From Dictyostelium discoideum (Eukaryota), in the NCBI GenBank assembly GCA_000004695.1, contig CM000152.2, positions 1,728,001 through 1,792,000 of the forward strand: a stretch of 64,000 nt of DNA. The letters run 5' to 3'. Under the pieces are notes generated by a model that was not told the DNA's origin, did not search any database, and saw only the letters and a list, made by a program, of their open reading frames with translations. Positions 43,081 to 54,008 of this stretch are shown here, in pieces. A program made the position numbers and the translations under genes. Within the stretch, counting starts at the first letter, position 1, and each line of letters opens with the position of its first letter.

Positions 43081-43917
43081 AAGAGTTTATGTAAAAAAAA
43101 AATAATAAATAAATAAATAAATAATAAAGCTTTAGCAATCAAAAGGGATGGTTTAATTGTCATTCCAAAATAATTATCCTTTATAGGACCATTAAGTTTT
43201 AAAATTTTAATACCTTTTCTAAACAAATTTTATCTGACAAAAAATCCTTTCTTTTTTTTTTTTTTTTTTTTTTTGAATTAGAGTTTAGAAATTAAAGACA
43301 ATAAAAAATAATTAGCGATTTTTATTTTTTTATTTTAAAAATTTTAAAGTTGTTTATGAAATAGAACAAATAAATTTAAATGTATTGGTCAAATATTTGG
43401 ATTTTTAAAATTGATTGGGTCTTAGGAAATTTTATGATAATATTTTTTTTATGATTATTGAAATAAAATAAAAAATGATTACTTAATAAATTAAATGAGA
43501 AACCTCATTACAATTATAATATCTTAAATATGTGTCAAATTATATTTCAAATAATTTTAAACACCTTTGCTTTCATTACAAATTTAGAATATCTTATTTT
43601 GTGCCAAAGTATTCAAATATTAATTTTATATTGATTGTGTCATATGATATGGTATTAGTATAAACATGAAAATAATTTTCTTTTCAATTCTAATTGTTGA
43701 TCACATTTTCAAGAGTTAAAGCTACAAATAAATAAATTAAAAAATAAATATATTAAATAAATAAAAGAATATTAAATTTAAGCTTTTGTTACATTATAAT
43801 CATTACATAAAATTCATTGCATTAACCTGCGTTGAAATTAGACCACTTTCGTTACAAACTCACATAACAATAAAATTAAAAAAACATACACATGGTTATT
43901 ATTATTATTATAATTAT

Positions 43918-44306
43918 CTATTTATTTATTTTAGGGGTTTTTTCAATATATTCTTGATAAGTTTGAGTTGGTATAATTTCTTTGGATAGTTCATCCAAAC
44001 ATTGCACCATATAGTCAAAAACTGATTGATTCCAATCTTGCTGGCCTTTAATATGCAACTGATTTTTTGATACATCTGTTGAGTTGAATCCCAAACATAC
44101 CAACTCTATATTTTCTTTGATATAACCTTTTTTATTGTCAAGTCTATTCAATGACATTTGGAAAACACGTTCATCATTATCAATTTCACGGCTGTACAAC
44201 ATTATAATACCACTAAGATTACATTTACCTCTTTGAATTTTAATATCGTCGTCATCAATAATTTCTTGACTTTTTATTAATGAAAGTGTTGAAGAAAATA
44301 ATGAAG

Positions 44307-44386
<80 letters not shown>

Positions 44387-44731
44387 GATGATGATGAAGA
44401 TGATGAAGAAGAAGAAGATGCTGGTGATGAAGATGGTGAGGGTGTAATTATTACTATTATCAATTACTTCATTTTTATTTATATAATTATTATTTTTAAT
44501 AAAAGAACTACAACTACTATTATAAATATCTTCAAGTGGTCTTTTATTAAAATAAAAAGAAATACCAACATCATTCATACCTTTCCTCAGAATCTCTTGG
44601 TTTTCTTTTTCAATTTTTTCATTATATTCATCTAATGAACAAGATGTTTCTGGTCCTGAAGGGTAAACAAATTTTGGAGAAGAGTTCTTATTTATTTTTG
44701 TATTTTTATTATTTTTTTTATGATGAAGCAT
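43918..44731 (-). CDS. Hypothetical protein with long poly-Ser tract; two long ORFs (44731..44255 and 44463..43918) overlap in different frames across a (GAT)n/(ATC)n tract
   Basis: The N-terminal ORF from ATG 44731 (MLHHKKNNK...NEVIDNSNNYTLT) and the C-terminal ORF (poly-S ...KGYIKENIELVCLGFNS...QEYIEKTPKINK) both have complex coding-like composition. They are offset by one nucleotide, with no GT..AG intron between them, so a frameshift (real or sequencing error in the microsatellite) is implied. Confidence 0.4.
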
Positions 44732-45593
44732 TATGTAAATTTTCTATTAAAAAAACCAAAAATATTAATAATGTAACAAGATATGTTATAAAAACTTCAA
44801 ACTATAATAGATTTCGTCATAATAAAATTTAATAATTAAATTAATAAAATTTAATTAAATTAATAAACAGATGCCCAAATTTAAAACAAAAGTACCGATT
44901 CTACTAATTTTTATTATTTTAAACAGATGTCCAAATTTATAAAATTTAATTTATTTTATAATCTAAACCTATCAATTCGAAATCCTTACTAAAAATGATG
45001 TATTCAATTTTATTCTTACATTTTTAAATTTATTTGAAGTTTAATGGATTTAGATACTAAAAGTGTTAATAAAAAAAAAATCAAAAAAAAAAATTACTAA
45101 CATTTTATATAATTAAACTGAGAACTTTTTTGGGGTTACTTTATTTTTTTTTTTTTTTTTTTTTAAAAAAAAAATACAAGTGTCAGGGCTTGAAAAAAAA
45201 AAAAAAGATCTGGATTTTTTTTGGTGCCACTTTATTTTTTTTTTTTTTTTTTCTAAAAATAAATAAAAGTGTCAGAACCTTTTTGAAAAAAAAAAATCTG
45301 GACCTTTCAATTTTTTCAGGGAAATTAATACTAAAAGTTAAAGTTTATTGCTATATGAAATTATTTAAACACTGTGCCAAAACTAAAATAAAAAAAATAA
45401 AAAATATAAAAAATAAAAAATATAAAAAAATAAAAATTAATAAATAATATTAATAATCATTAGAATTTTTTTTTTAAGTTTTTTTAAATTTAAAAAACAT
45501 TAAAAATGAACAAATAGTTTATGGAATAATACTAACAATATTTTTTTAATTGAGTAGATTTCATCGAAATTTCGATACCTTATGACAAAGACA

Positions 45594-45667
45594 TGTGCCT
45601 GAAGGGTTTCGATCCCATGACCTATTGATTCGAAGTCAATCGCTCTTCCGAACTGAGCTACAAGCAC
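45594..45667 (-). tRNA. tRNA-Arg (anticodon UCG), 74 nt
   Basis: Reverse complement GTGCTTG-TA-GCTC-AGTTCGGAA-GAGC-G-ATTGA-CTTCGAA-TCAAT-AGGTC-ATGGG-ATCGAAA-CCCTT-CAGGCAC-A folds as a cloverleaf. The 7-bp acceptor stem contains one G-U pair. D stem is GCTC/GAGC. The 5-bp anticodon stem is perfect and the anticodon loop has U33 and A37. The T stem has one T-T mismatch and the T loop is ATCGAAA rather than TTCGAAT, so it could be slightly degenerate. Confidence 0.7.
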
Positions 45668-45682
45668 CTTGGCTTCATGGTG

Positions 45683-46542
45683 TGTAATAAAGCTTGTTAG
45701 CTTTATAAATATATAATTAATAATTATATAATTGAATAATACTTTGTTATCTTTATTTAATATTAGTTTATATTTATAATATTCAATATTGTTTATAAAA
45801 TTATTCTTTAGTATTTATATTATTCATAATGAGTTGACAGTATTATTATTATTATTATTATATTATTTAAATGTGTGTCAACTATAATTAGTAATGTAAT
45901 ATGCATATTTAATATCTATTAATTTTATAGAGTAACTTTATTACATATCCCCCCCTTTTAGTTGAAAAAAATTTTTCAATCTTTTAATATAAAACACATC
46001 ATGATTTTTAATATTATCCAATACTAATTTGAATTTTAAATCGCTAACTCTCTCATGTACTTTGAAAAGACCTTCCCAAGATTTATTGAGCTTTACTGGA
46101 CCAACAGTGGATTGTAAATAGACATAATCTCCTACTTGAATATTTGAACGAGAAACTTTTTTATTAATTTGTGATAATTGGTCTTTACCAAGATTATCCT
46201 TAATGAGACAAGGACGTTTGAGGTTATTATTAACAATTTGAGCGAAATTATGAGCAAAATCTAATCTTGATAAATTTGTACATGGATTTCTTATTAATGG
46301 TTGAATTGAGGTTATTTGTGATTTAATTATTGAATTCTCTGTTTGATTTAATGATATTGATTTTAATGGTAAATTTGATGTTATTGGTGAATCTATTGGT
46401 TCTTGGAATAAGAATTCTGGAATATCGTAATCTATTGGTAGTTGTTCTTCAATAGTTGGATACGATTTGATTGATAGTATATGATGAGAATTAAAATTTT
46501 CAATTAAATGATCAGTATCTGTTAATAATTCTGATTTTGATG

Positions 46543-46594
<52 letters not shown>

Positions 46595-47869
46595 TGAATA
46601 ATCAGATACTGTTTTAAATATAGTTTGTATACATGGTTGGGTTTCTTTAGATATTAATTTGGTACCAACATTGAATTCAAGATTCTTAATGATCATTTCT
46701 TTAAAATCAATGACTAAATTTAATCCAATTATTGTATCAATGCCAAATATACAATCAATTGATGTATCATTATCTTTAACAACATTAACTTTAACTCTAG
46801 CGAATGCTTTACCTAATTTAATTGTTGTGTTACTTATTCCAATGATTTCGATTTGATTATTTGATGCTGATTTAACAGAATATTGTTTATTTTCAATCTT
46901 TAATTTTAACTTTTTAGCAATACTTTCCCAAACAATAGTAAGTGATGAACCAGTATCAATCAAACCTCTAACATTTTTATTATTTATTAATAAAGCTGCA
47001 TTCATACTATCTATTCCAATTGAATTAATTGTACTATTATTGACCATTGTAATTGAATTAGTTCTATTATTGTAATTGTTATTATTATTTTTATCTTTTG
47101 ACCAACACTCTTGAATTACATGACCTTTCTTTTTGCAATATTTACAAAATTTTGTGATTGAATTTACTTGATTTTGTGGTGCTTTATAAGGGGATGATTG
47201 TGGTGACATTTGTGGTGATCGATTATAATATTGATTTTTAAAAATTGGTGTTGAAATTTCTTCAGATTCAATTGATTGTTGTTCGTTTTGAGATGTAACA
47301 TATTGAGGGGATGTTGCAGAATAACCCGAACCCGAACCTAGATATCTTTGATTACCAAATTCTTGCAACGTCTTTGCAACTAATTGACCAGTGTACATTG
47401 ATCTACCTTTGATACGAATTGAACCATCTTCACAAGACTTTGCAATATCTATTGCTCTTTTTAATGATTTTGGTGCACATTTTGTAATTTTAATACCCAA
47501 TTCAGTACCAACAGCTGAATAAAACAATTGTATTTTAAACTTTTCTGAAATATCAACTGCTGAACATTTTGATAGAAATTTACCAATTAATATATCTAAT
47601 GTATTGTATTTATATTCTCCCAACTTTGTTAATTCTGTTAAATCATCACTATCACCAATATCAAAAGCATCTTTAAGATCTTCAATTATCTCCATTGCTG
47701 TTAAGTCTGTATCCAATGTTGCGGCATATTCCAATGCATTGTTTCTTAGTTTTCTAATAATATCAGCTTTCGATATTTCCTCGCCATGAATTAATAAGAG
47801 TAAGTGTTTGAATTTACGAAATGATAAACCTTTTCCATCACCCGAAAAAATTACGTTTTCATTATTACT

Positions 47870-47956
<87 letters not shown>

Positions 47957-48333
47957 TATTAAATTAAATTTAATCTAATGTAAAATTTTAATTGATTGAA
48001 TAATTTGATAACTTTATATTTATAGTATATTTTTTTTTTTTTTTTTTTTTTGAAAGACGATGTCGCCAAATGTAATAAAGCTTGTTAGCTTTATAAATAT
48101 ATAATTAATAATTATATAATTGAATAATACTTTGTTATCTTTATTTAATATTAGTTTATATTTATAATATTCAATATTGTTTATAAAATTATTCTTTAGT
48201 ATTTATATTATTCATAATGAGTTGACAGTATTATTATTATTATTATTATATTATTTAAATGTGTGTCAACTATAATTAGTAATGTAATATGCATATTTAA
48301 TATCTATTAATTTTATAGAGTAACTTTATTACA
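45683..48333 (-). mobile_element. DGLT-A-like Ty3/gypsy LTR retrotransposon, internally deleted (2.65 kb), minus orientation, 15 bp upstream of the tRNA-Arg gene; LTRs 45683..45945 and 48071..48333
   Basis: Two 260-263 bp direct repeats begin TGTAAT and end TTATTACA. They are identical except for one tat unit in an internal (tat)n run. A primer-binding site TGGCGACATCG lies immediately internal to the upstream LTR (reverse complement of 48051..48070). A polypurine tract AAAAGGGGGGG lies immediately before the downstream LTR (reverse complement of 45946..45960). The flanking GGTG is duplicated (a 4-bp target-site duplication). The internal ORF has a gag CCHC knuckle and a DTGS protease. Confidence 0.8.
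45941..47872 (-). CDS. Retroelement gag-protease-integrase C-terminus fusion ORF (643 aa), lacking RT/RNase H/integrase core
   Basis: CCHC zinc knuckle CKYCKKKGHVIQEC. Aspartic protease LIDTGSSLTIV. The C-terminal block GDYVYLQSTVGPVKLNKSWEGLFKV...HDVFYIKRLKNF resembles the gypsy integrase C-terminal/chromo-like region. There is no reverse-transcriptase motif anywhere, so this is an in-frame internal deletion. Confidence 0.7.
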
Positions 48334-50156
48334 GGTGTAATGAACGTCGTATTCCAATTCCTATGAAATTAAGTGTGGACACACCACTCACACCTGGAAT
48401 GTGAAGATTTTAAACCATCTACAAATTGCACTAGTAGCCAATTTAATAGCTATTATATTCGAAAAAATTTGGCACAAAAGAAACAAACTCATTCACGATG
48501 AAAAAGAAATAATAATTCACAGACAACAAGTAATACGTGAACTAATTAAAACACAAAGAGCTGCATGGGACAGGACACAAGCGGTTATAAACAAAACATT
48601 AAGAATCAAATCAAAGCAACGGCCAGAAGAACAAAATAAACTAGACTCACTAATCTCGCTAAAGCTATTACAATTTAGCAGACAATGGAACTCACCTCTT
48701 CACGCAATAGAACTTCCTAAACATCTCAAAAAATACAATAATTCACTCAGTACTTTCTATAAATAAATAAAAAAAAAAAAAAAAAAATAAAAAAATAAAA
48801 AAAAAAAAAAAAAAAACTTGGGAACCCAAGTTAATCAGAAAATTTCCAGATTTTTAACTTTTTAAAGAAAAATAAAAAAAATAGAAAGAAAATAAAATGA
48901 AAATCACAAACAACACCACAAATATTAAGCAACACAAATGCCTACAAAAAATAAGCGAAATTGTGGATAAAACTCAATTAAAAAAAAAACAATTCAAATA
49001 CGTCATAAACATCAATCACGAACCAGACGATAAAATAAAAAAAGATATAGAAAAAAGTTTGGACAAAAAAGATGTTTTAATCAAAAGTAATAATATAATT
49101 CAAAATTCGAAACAAAAAAAAAAAAAAAAAAAAAAAAAAAGGTAAACCAACCCCTCTTTTAGAGACCCTGTAAAAAAAAAAAAATAAAATAAAATGAGAT
49201 CTAGCATCTCAAGGAGAAGCAAATAATAATTGCGTTATCCAATTCAAAAAAAAAACAATTCCTATGAAATACTTTTGATAATTTGTATATACCTTATATA
49301 CTTGTGTTACCCTTGAACACAGAGAAATAATTAATAATAAATAATAAATAATAAATAATATTATATCTCTTATATAATATTATATGTAATAAAGTATAAG
49401 TTTTGTTTATGCACAATTTGGAATAAAACAACAATGAATTAATTTTTATTTTATTTACTATTTATACTAAAATTAATTTTACTAAAGAAACCGTTGGTTA
49501 AATTTCTGAGAATAAAGTAAGAATCTTGTATTTGACGTCTTTTCAGTAACAGATCTATTTCTATATTTGTATTTTACCAAGGATAAAAACTTTATATGTT
49601 AATTTATGTCGCTTAATTATTCGCGATTATTACACAAGTAAAGGACCTCGTATTTGGACTTCTATGAAATTATGAGGCTTGGCACATATTCTTCAAATGT
49701 AAATCTCACCTCAAAGACACTCAAACCTGCATTGATTACATTCAAGATAAAAGTGGGGGTTCCCAAATCACGTGGGGAGTGGAAATATTTGGGAACAAAC
49801 TGGATATTTCACTAACAGCCAACGCCATAGCTATAATCTGTGAAAGCATTTGGAGAAGAAGAAACAAAAGAATACACGAAGAAATCACTCTCAAAAAACT
49901 AAGAGAAGAAAAACCCAAACATCTATTAAAGAAAACGCAAGAAGCTGCCTTGGAAAGAACCAAAAACAACATATATAAATTAATAAGACAATCAAAAAAA
50001 GCAACAACGATTGAAGCAGCTAAAAAATTCAAATCCATCATCTCCTCTCAATTAGAAAGATTCAGAAAAAACTAGAACTCTCCTCTACACATAGTAACAC
50101 TTCCACCCAACCTAAACAAATATATAACATCACTCAACACACTCTATACCCTCAAC

Positions 50157-50202
<46 letters not shown>

Positions 50203-50545
50203 TATAAATATATAAAACTAATACCACCCGAAAAAAAAAAAAAAAAAAAGGGACCATTTTAAAATTAAAACCTACTATAATAAAATGAGATTAATCTCAA
50301 GAAGAAGCAACTCACAATTGCTTTATTCCATTCAAAAAAAAACTTCTATGAAATACTAATAATATTTTGTACAAACAGAAATAATTAACAAAAACGCACT
50401 ATTCAGTGAATGCTCAGGGTTATCAAAGGTTTCTTTATAAAATCGTTAACGTCTTTTCGGCTACATATCCATTTCTATATTTGAGTTTATCAAGGATGAA
50501 AACTTTATATGTTAATATATGTCACTTATTCATTCGCGATTATTA
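48334..50545 (+). mobile_element. Nest of non-LTR (TRE-type, tRNA-gene-targeted) retrotransposon fragments: two poly(A)-terminated ORF2 C-terminal fragments plus a recurrent non-coding module
   Basis: ORFs 48401..48766 and 49779..50075 are paralogous (IAIIFEKIWHKRNKLIHDE and IAIICESIWRRRNKRIHEE; the W-x-x-RN-x-x-IH motif is characteristic of LINE ORF2 C-termini). Each is followed by an A-rich tail (48767..48816 and 50160..50215). Each is then followed by a conserved module (AAAATGAGAT...CAATTCAAAAAAAAAAC..TCCTATGAAATAC at 49190 and 50283). Another shared block (CGTCTTTTC.G...CTTTATATGTTAAT.TATGTC.CTTAT...TTCGCGATTATTACA) occurs at 49535..49640 and 50445..50545. All lie upstream of the tRNA-Arg gene. 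Confidence 0.55.
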
Positions 50546-50590
50546 CATTCTCATTTAATTTATTAAATAATTATTTTTTTTATTTTATTA

Positions 50591-50639
50591 GACCTATTGA
50601 TTCGAAGTCAATCGAGCTTCTGAAATGAGCTACAAGCAC
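50591..50639 (-). pseudogene. Partial copy of the tRNA-Arg(UCG) gene (5' two-thirds, mutated)
   Basis: gacctattgattcgaagtcaatcgagcttctgaaatgagctacaagcac aligns to positions 1 to about 47 of the 45594..45667 tRNA with a few substitutions. The T arm and 3' acceptor strand are missing. Confidence 0.6.
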
Positions 50640-51088
50640 CAGGCTTTTCTCATTTAATTTATTAAATAATTATTTTTAATTTTATTTCAATAATCATAAA
50701 AAATATCATAAAATTGTTATATTAAAAAAAAATCAAATATAAAACCAATTAAAATTGTTATATTAATTATAAAAAAAATAATAATAAAAAATAATAAATA
50801 ATAAAAAAATTAAAAAATTTAATTACAATTTTCTGTGTGAAAGAAATAAAAAAATTTGTGTCGTAAAATTAATGTAAAAAAAAATGTGCAGAATTAATTC
50901 AACATTTCTGAATTTTATTTTTTAATAAGATTAACAATGATTTTATTTTTTTTTTTTTTTTTTTTTTTTTGGGAATATTAAACCAAACCAATTACAATCA
51001 CTATAAAATAAAATAAAGAAATGAAAAAAAAAAAAAAATAAAATAAAATCATTATTAATCTTATTAATTATATATATTATAAAAAAAA

Positions 51089-52968
51089 ATGTTTAATCAA
51101 ACTAAAATATTTTTATTTTTATTTTTGTTACTATCTTTATTTGTTTTTATTGGTATGGATAAATATTTTTTTTTTTTTTTTTCATTATATTTATTAAAAT
51201 GGTTTTAATATTAACAATGGGTTAATTTTTTATTTTAGATTGTTACCCATGCGATTATAATGTAGGTTGTGATGATGGAGATGAATGTACTGGTGATTCA
51301 TGTTCAATTGATAATTTATGTATAAATATTATTATTTCATGTGATGATAGTAATTTATGTACCAGTGATTCTTGTTCAAGTATAACTGGTTGTTCTAATG
51401 TACCAATTTCATGTGACGATTGTAATGCTTGTACCGTTGATTCTTGTTTGCCATTGATTGGTTGTTGTCATGCTCCAATGGTATGTGATGATTGTAATGC
51501 TTGTACAGTTGATTCATGTTTAAATTCAACTGGTTGCTGTCATACTCCAATAGTATGTGATGATTGTAATGCTTGTACAATTGATTCTTGTTTAAATTCA
51601 ACTGGTTGTTGTCATACTCCAATGGTATGTGATGATGGTAATGCTTGTACAAATGATGGTTGTTCAAGTGAAACTGGTTGCAATCATTTGCCAATTTCAT
51701 GTGATGATTGTAATGCTTGTACATTGGATTCTTGCTCACCAATTACTGGTTGTTGTCATAGTCAAATTTCATGTGATGATTGTAATGCTTGTACATTAGA
51801 TTCTTGTTCACCAATTATTGGTTGTTGTCATACTCAAATGGTCTGTGATGATGGTAATGCTTGTACAAATGATGGTTGCTCTGAAGAAACTGGTTGTTGC
51901 CATACTCCAATTTCATGTGATGATGGCAATTCTTGTACAAATGATGGTTGCTCTGAAGAGACTGGTTGTTGTCATACTCCAATTTCATGTGATGATGGTA
52001 ATGCTTGTACATTAGATTCTTGCTCCTCAACTACTGGTTGTTGTCATACTGCAATGGTATGTGATGATGGTGATGCCTGTACATTAGATTCTTGTTCACA
52101 AACTTCTGGCTGTTGTAGTTCACCAATTTCATGTGATGATGGTAATGCATGCACTAATGATGGTTGTTCAAGTGAAACTGGTTGTATTCATTTACCAATT
52201 TCATGTGATGATGGCAATGCTTGTACAAATGATGGTTGCTCTGAAGAAACTGGTTGTTGTCACACTCCAATTTCATGTGATGATGGTAATGCTTGTACTA
52301 ATGATGGTTGCTCTGAAGAGACTGGTTGTTGTCACACTCAAATTTCATGTGATGATGGTAATGCTTGTACAAATGATGGTTGTTCAAAGGAAGATGGTTG
52401 TATTCATTTACCAATCTCATGTGACGATTGTGATGCCTGTACAGTTGATTCTTGTTCAAATGAAGATGGTTGTATTCATTTACCAATTTCATGTGACGAT
52501 TGTGATGCTTGTACAATTGATTCTTGTTTAAATTCTACTGGTGGTTGTTGTCATACTCCAATTTCATGTGATGATGGTAATGCTTGTACAAATGATGGTT
52601 GTTCAAGTGAAACTGGTTGTAATCATTTACCAATTTCATGTGATGATGGTAATGCTTGTACATTAGATTCTTGCTCACCAACTACTGGTTGTTGTCATAC
52701 TCCAATTTCATGCGATGATGGTGATGCTTGTACATTAGATTCTTGTTCACCAACTTCTGGCTGTTGTAGTTCCCCAATTTCATGTGATGATGGTAATTTA
52801 TGTACAATTGATTCCTGCTCACCTTCAACTGGTTGTTGTCATACTCCAATTTCTTGTAATGATCTCAATATGTGCACCATTGATTTCTGTCTCCCAAATT
52901 TTGGTTGTGTTCATAGATTAAGACCATCATGCCATAACTATAACGAAATTGGTATTAATATAAATTAA
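51089..52968 (+). CDS. Secreted cysteine-rich protein built from about 20 tandem 24-aa Dicty_CTDC-type repeats (C-x-D-x-N-x-C-T-x-D-x-C-x4-GC-x-H-x-P-I-S), 597 aa; exons 51089..51152 and 51239..52968
   Basis: Exon 1 encodes the signal peptide MFNQTKIFLFLFLLLSLFVFI and ends in phase 1 before GTATGG. An 86-nt intron ends TTTTAG. Exon 2 is in frame with the long ORF. The repeat CDDGNACTNDGCSEETGCCHTPIS recurs with near-identical 72-bp DNA units. Minus-strand ORFs (HNHLYKHY repeats) are artefacts of the periodicity. Confidence 0.75.
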
Positions 52969-53302
52969 ATAAAAATTAATTTTTTTTTTATAATAAATTT
53001 TTTTATTTTATAATTTAAAAATTTATTATTTATTATTATTTATTATTAGGTCATAATGGTCAATAATATTAAATATTATATTATTAATAGTGGAAAAAAA
53101 AAAATCAATTTTATAATCGTTAAGCGATTATCCAAAACATTTAAAATTTAATTTGGTGGATGTAAAAATTTCAGCATTAAAGTAATTTTGTTGCCTCTTT
53201 TTTTTTTTTACTTTTATTTTTTTATTTTCTGCGACTCCCCTTATGGAAAATCTACTTAATTTTAATTAAAATCATTCGTTTTTGATTGAAAGTCGTTAGT
53301 GG

Positions 53303-53333
<31 letters not shown>

Positions 53334-53343
53334 CTCCAACGAT

Positions 53344-53378
<35 letters not shown>

Positions 53379-53443
53379 CCTAATAATTATTCATTGATCA
53401 TTAAACATAATCATTTTATCAAAAAAATAAATAATTAATAGCC

Positions 53444-53813
53444 ATGAATACAAATGCATCTGTTTTTTATGGTTTGTAAGTATCTTTCAAAATAAACCAG
53501 ATTTAAATTTAATATTAATCAGGTTTTTTTTTTTTTTTTATTAATATTATTATTAATTTCAAATTAAATTTTTTAAAAAAGTGTTGGATTAACCATAGCA
53601 TGTATTATTCCATGGTACAATGAACGTAGAAAATTTATGGATGAAAAAAATAAGAAAATTGAAGAATCAGCTGAAAATGTTAAACAAAGACAATTGAAAC
53701 AACAACAACAACAACAACAAAATAATAATAACACTAATGACACTATTGATACATATAAACCATATGATGAAACAAACACAAAAAGAACTATACCCAATAA
53801 CCCGAAGAATTAA
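53444..53813 (+). CDS. Small single-pass membrane protein, 87 aa; exons 53444..53475 and 53582..53813
   Basis: ATG at 53444, phase-2 GTAAGT donor at 53476, 106-nt intron ending AAAAAG. The product MNTNASVFYGFVGLTIACIIPWYNERRKFMDEKNKKIEESAENVKQRQLKQQQQQQQNNNN...KN has a hydrophobic helix near the N-terminus followed by a charged tail. Confidence 0.45.
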
Positions 53814-53858
53814 AAAATAAAAATAAAAATAAAAAATAAAATAATTATCAACAAAACA

Positions 53859-54008
<150 letters not shown>

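Noticed and set aside
48897-49145. 82-aa ORF MKITNNTTNIKQHKCLQKISEIVDK... inside the retroelement nest
   Set aside because: It is K/N-rich and low-complexity, ends in a poly-K encoded by an A-tract, and lies within non-LTR element debris. It is more likely a fortuitous frame than a gene.
51395-52516. Several minus-strand and alternative-frame ORFs (HNHLYKHYNHH..., MMVALKKLVV...) across the cysteine-rich repeat gene
   Set aside because: They are produced by the 72-bp periodicity of the plus-strand coding repeats. They have no start context and no independent signal, so they are reading-frame echoes.
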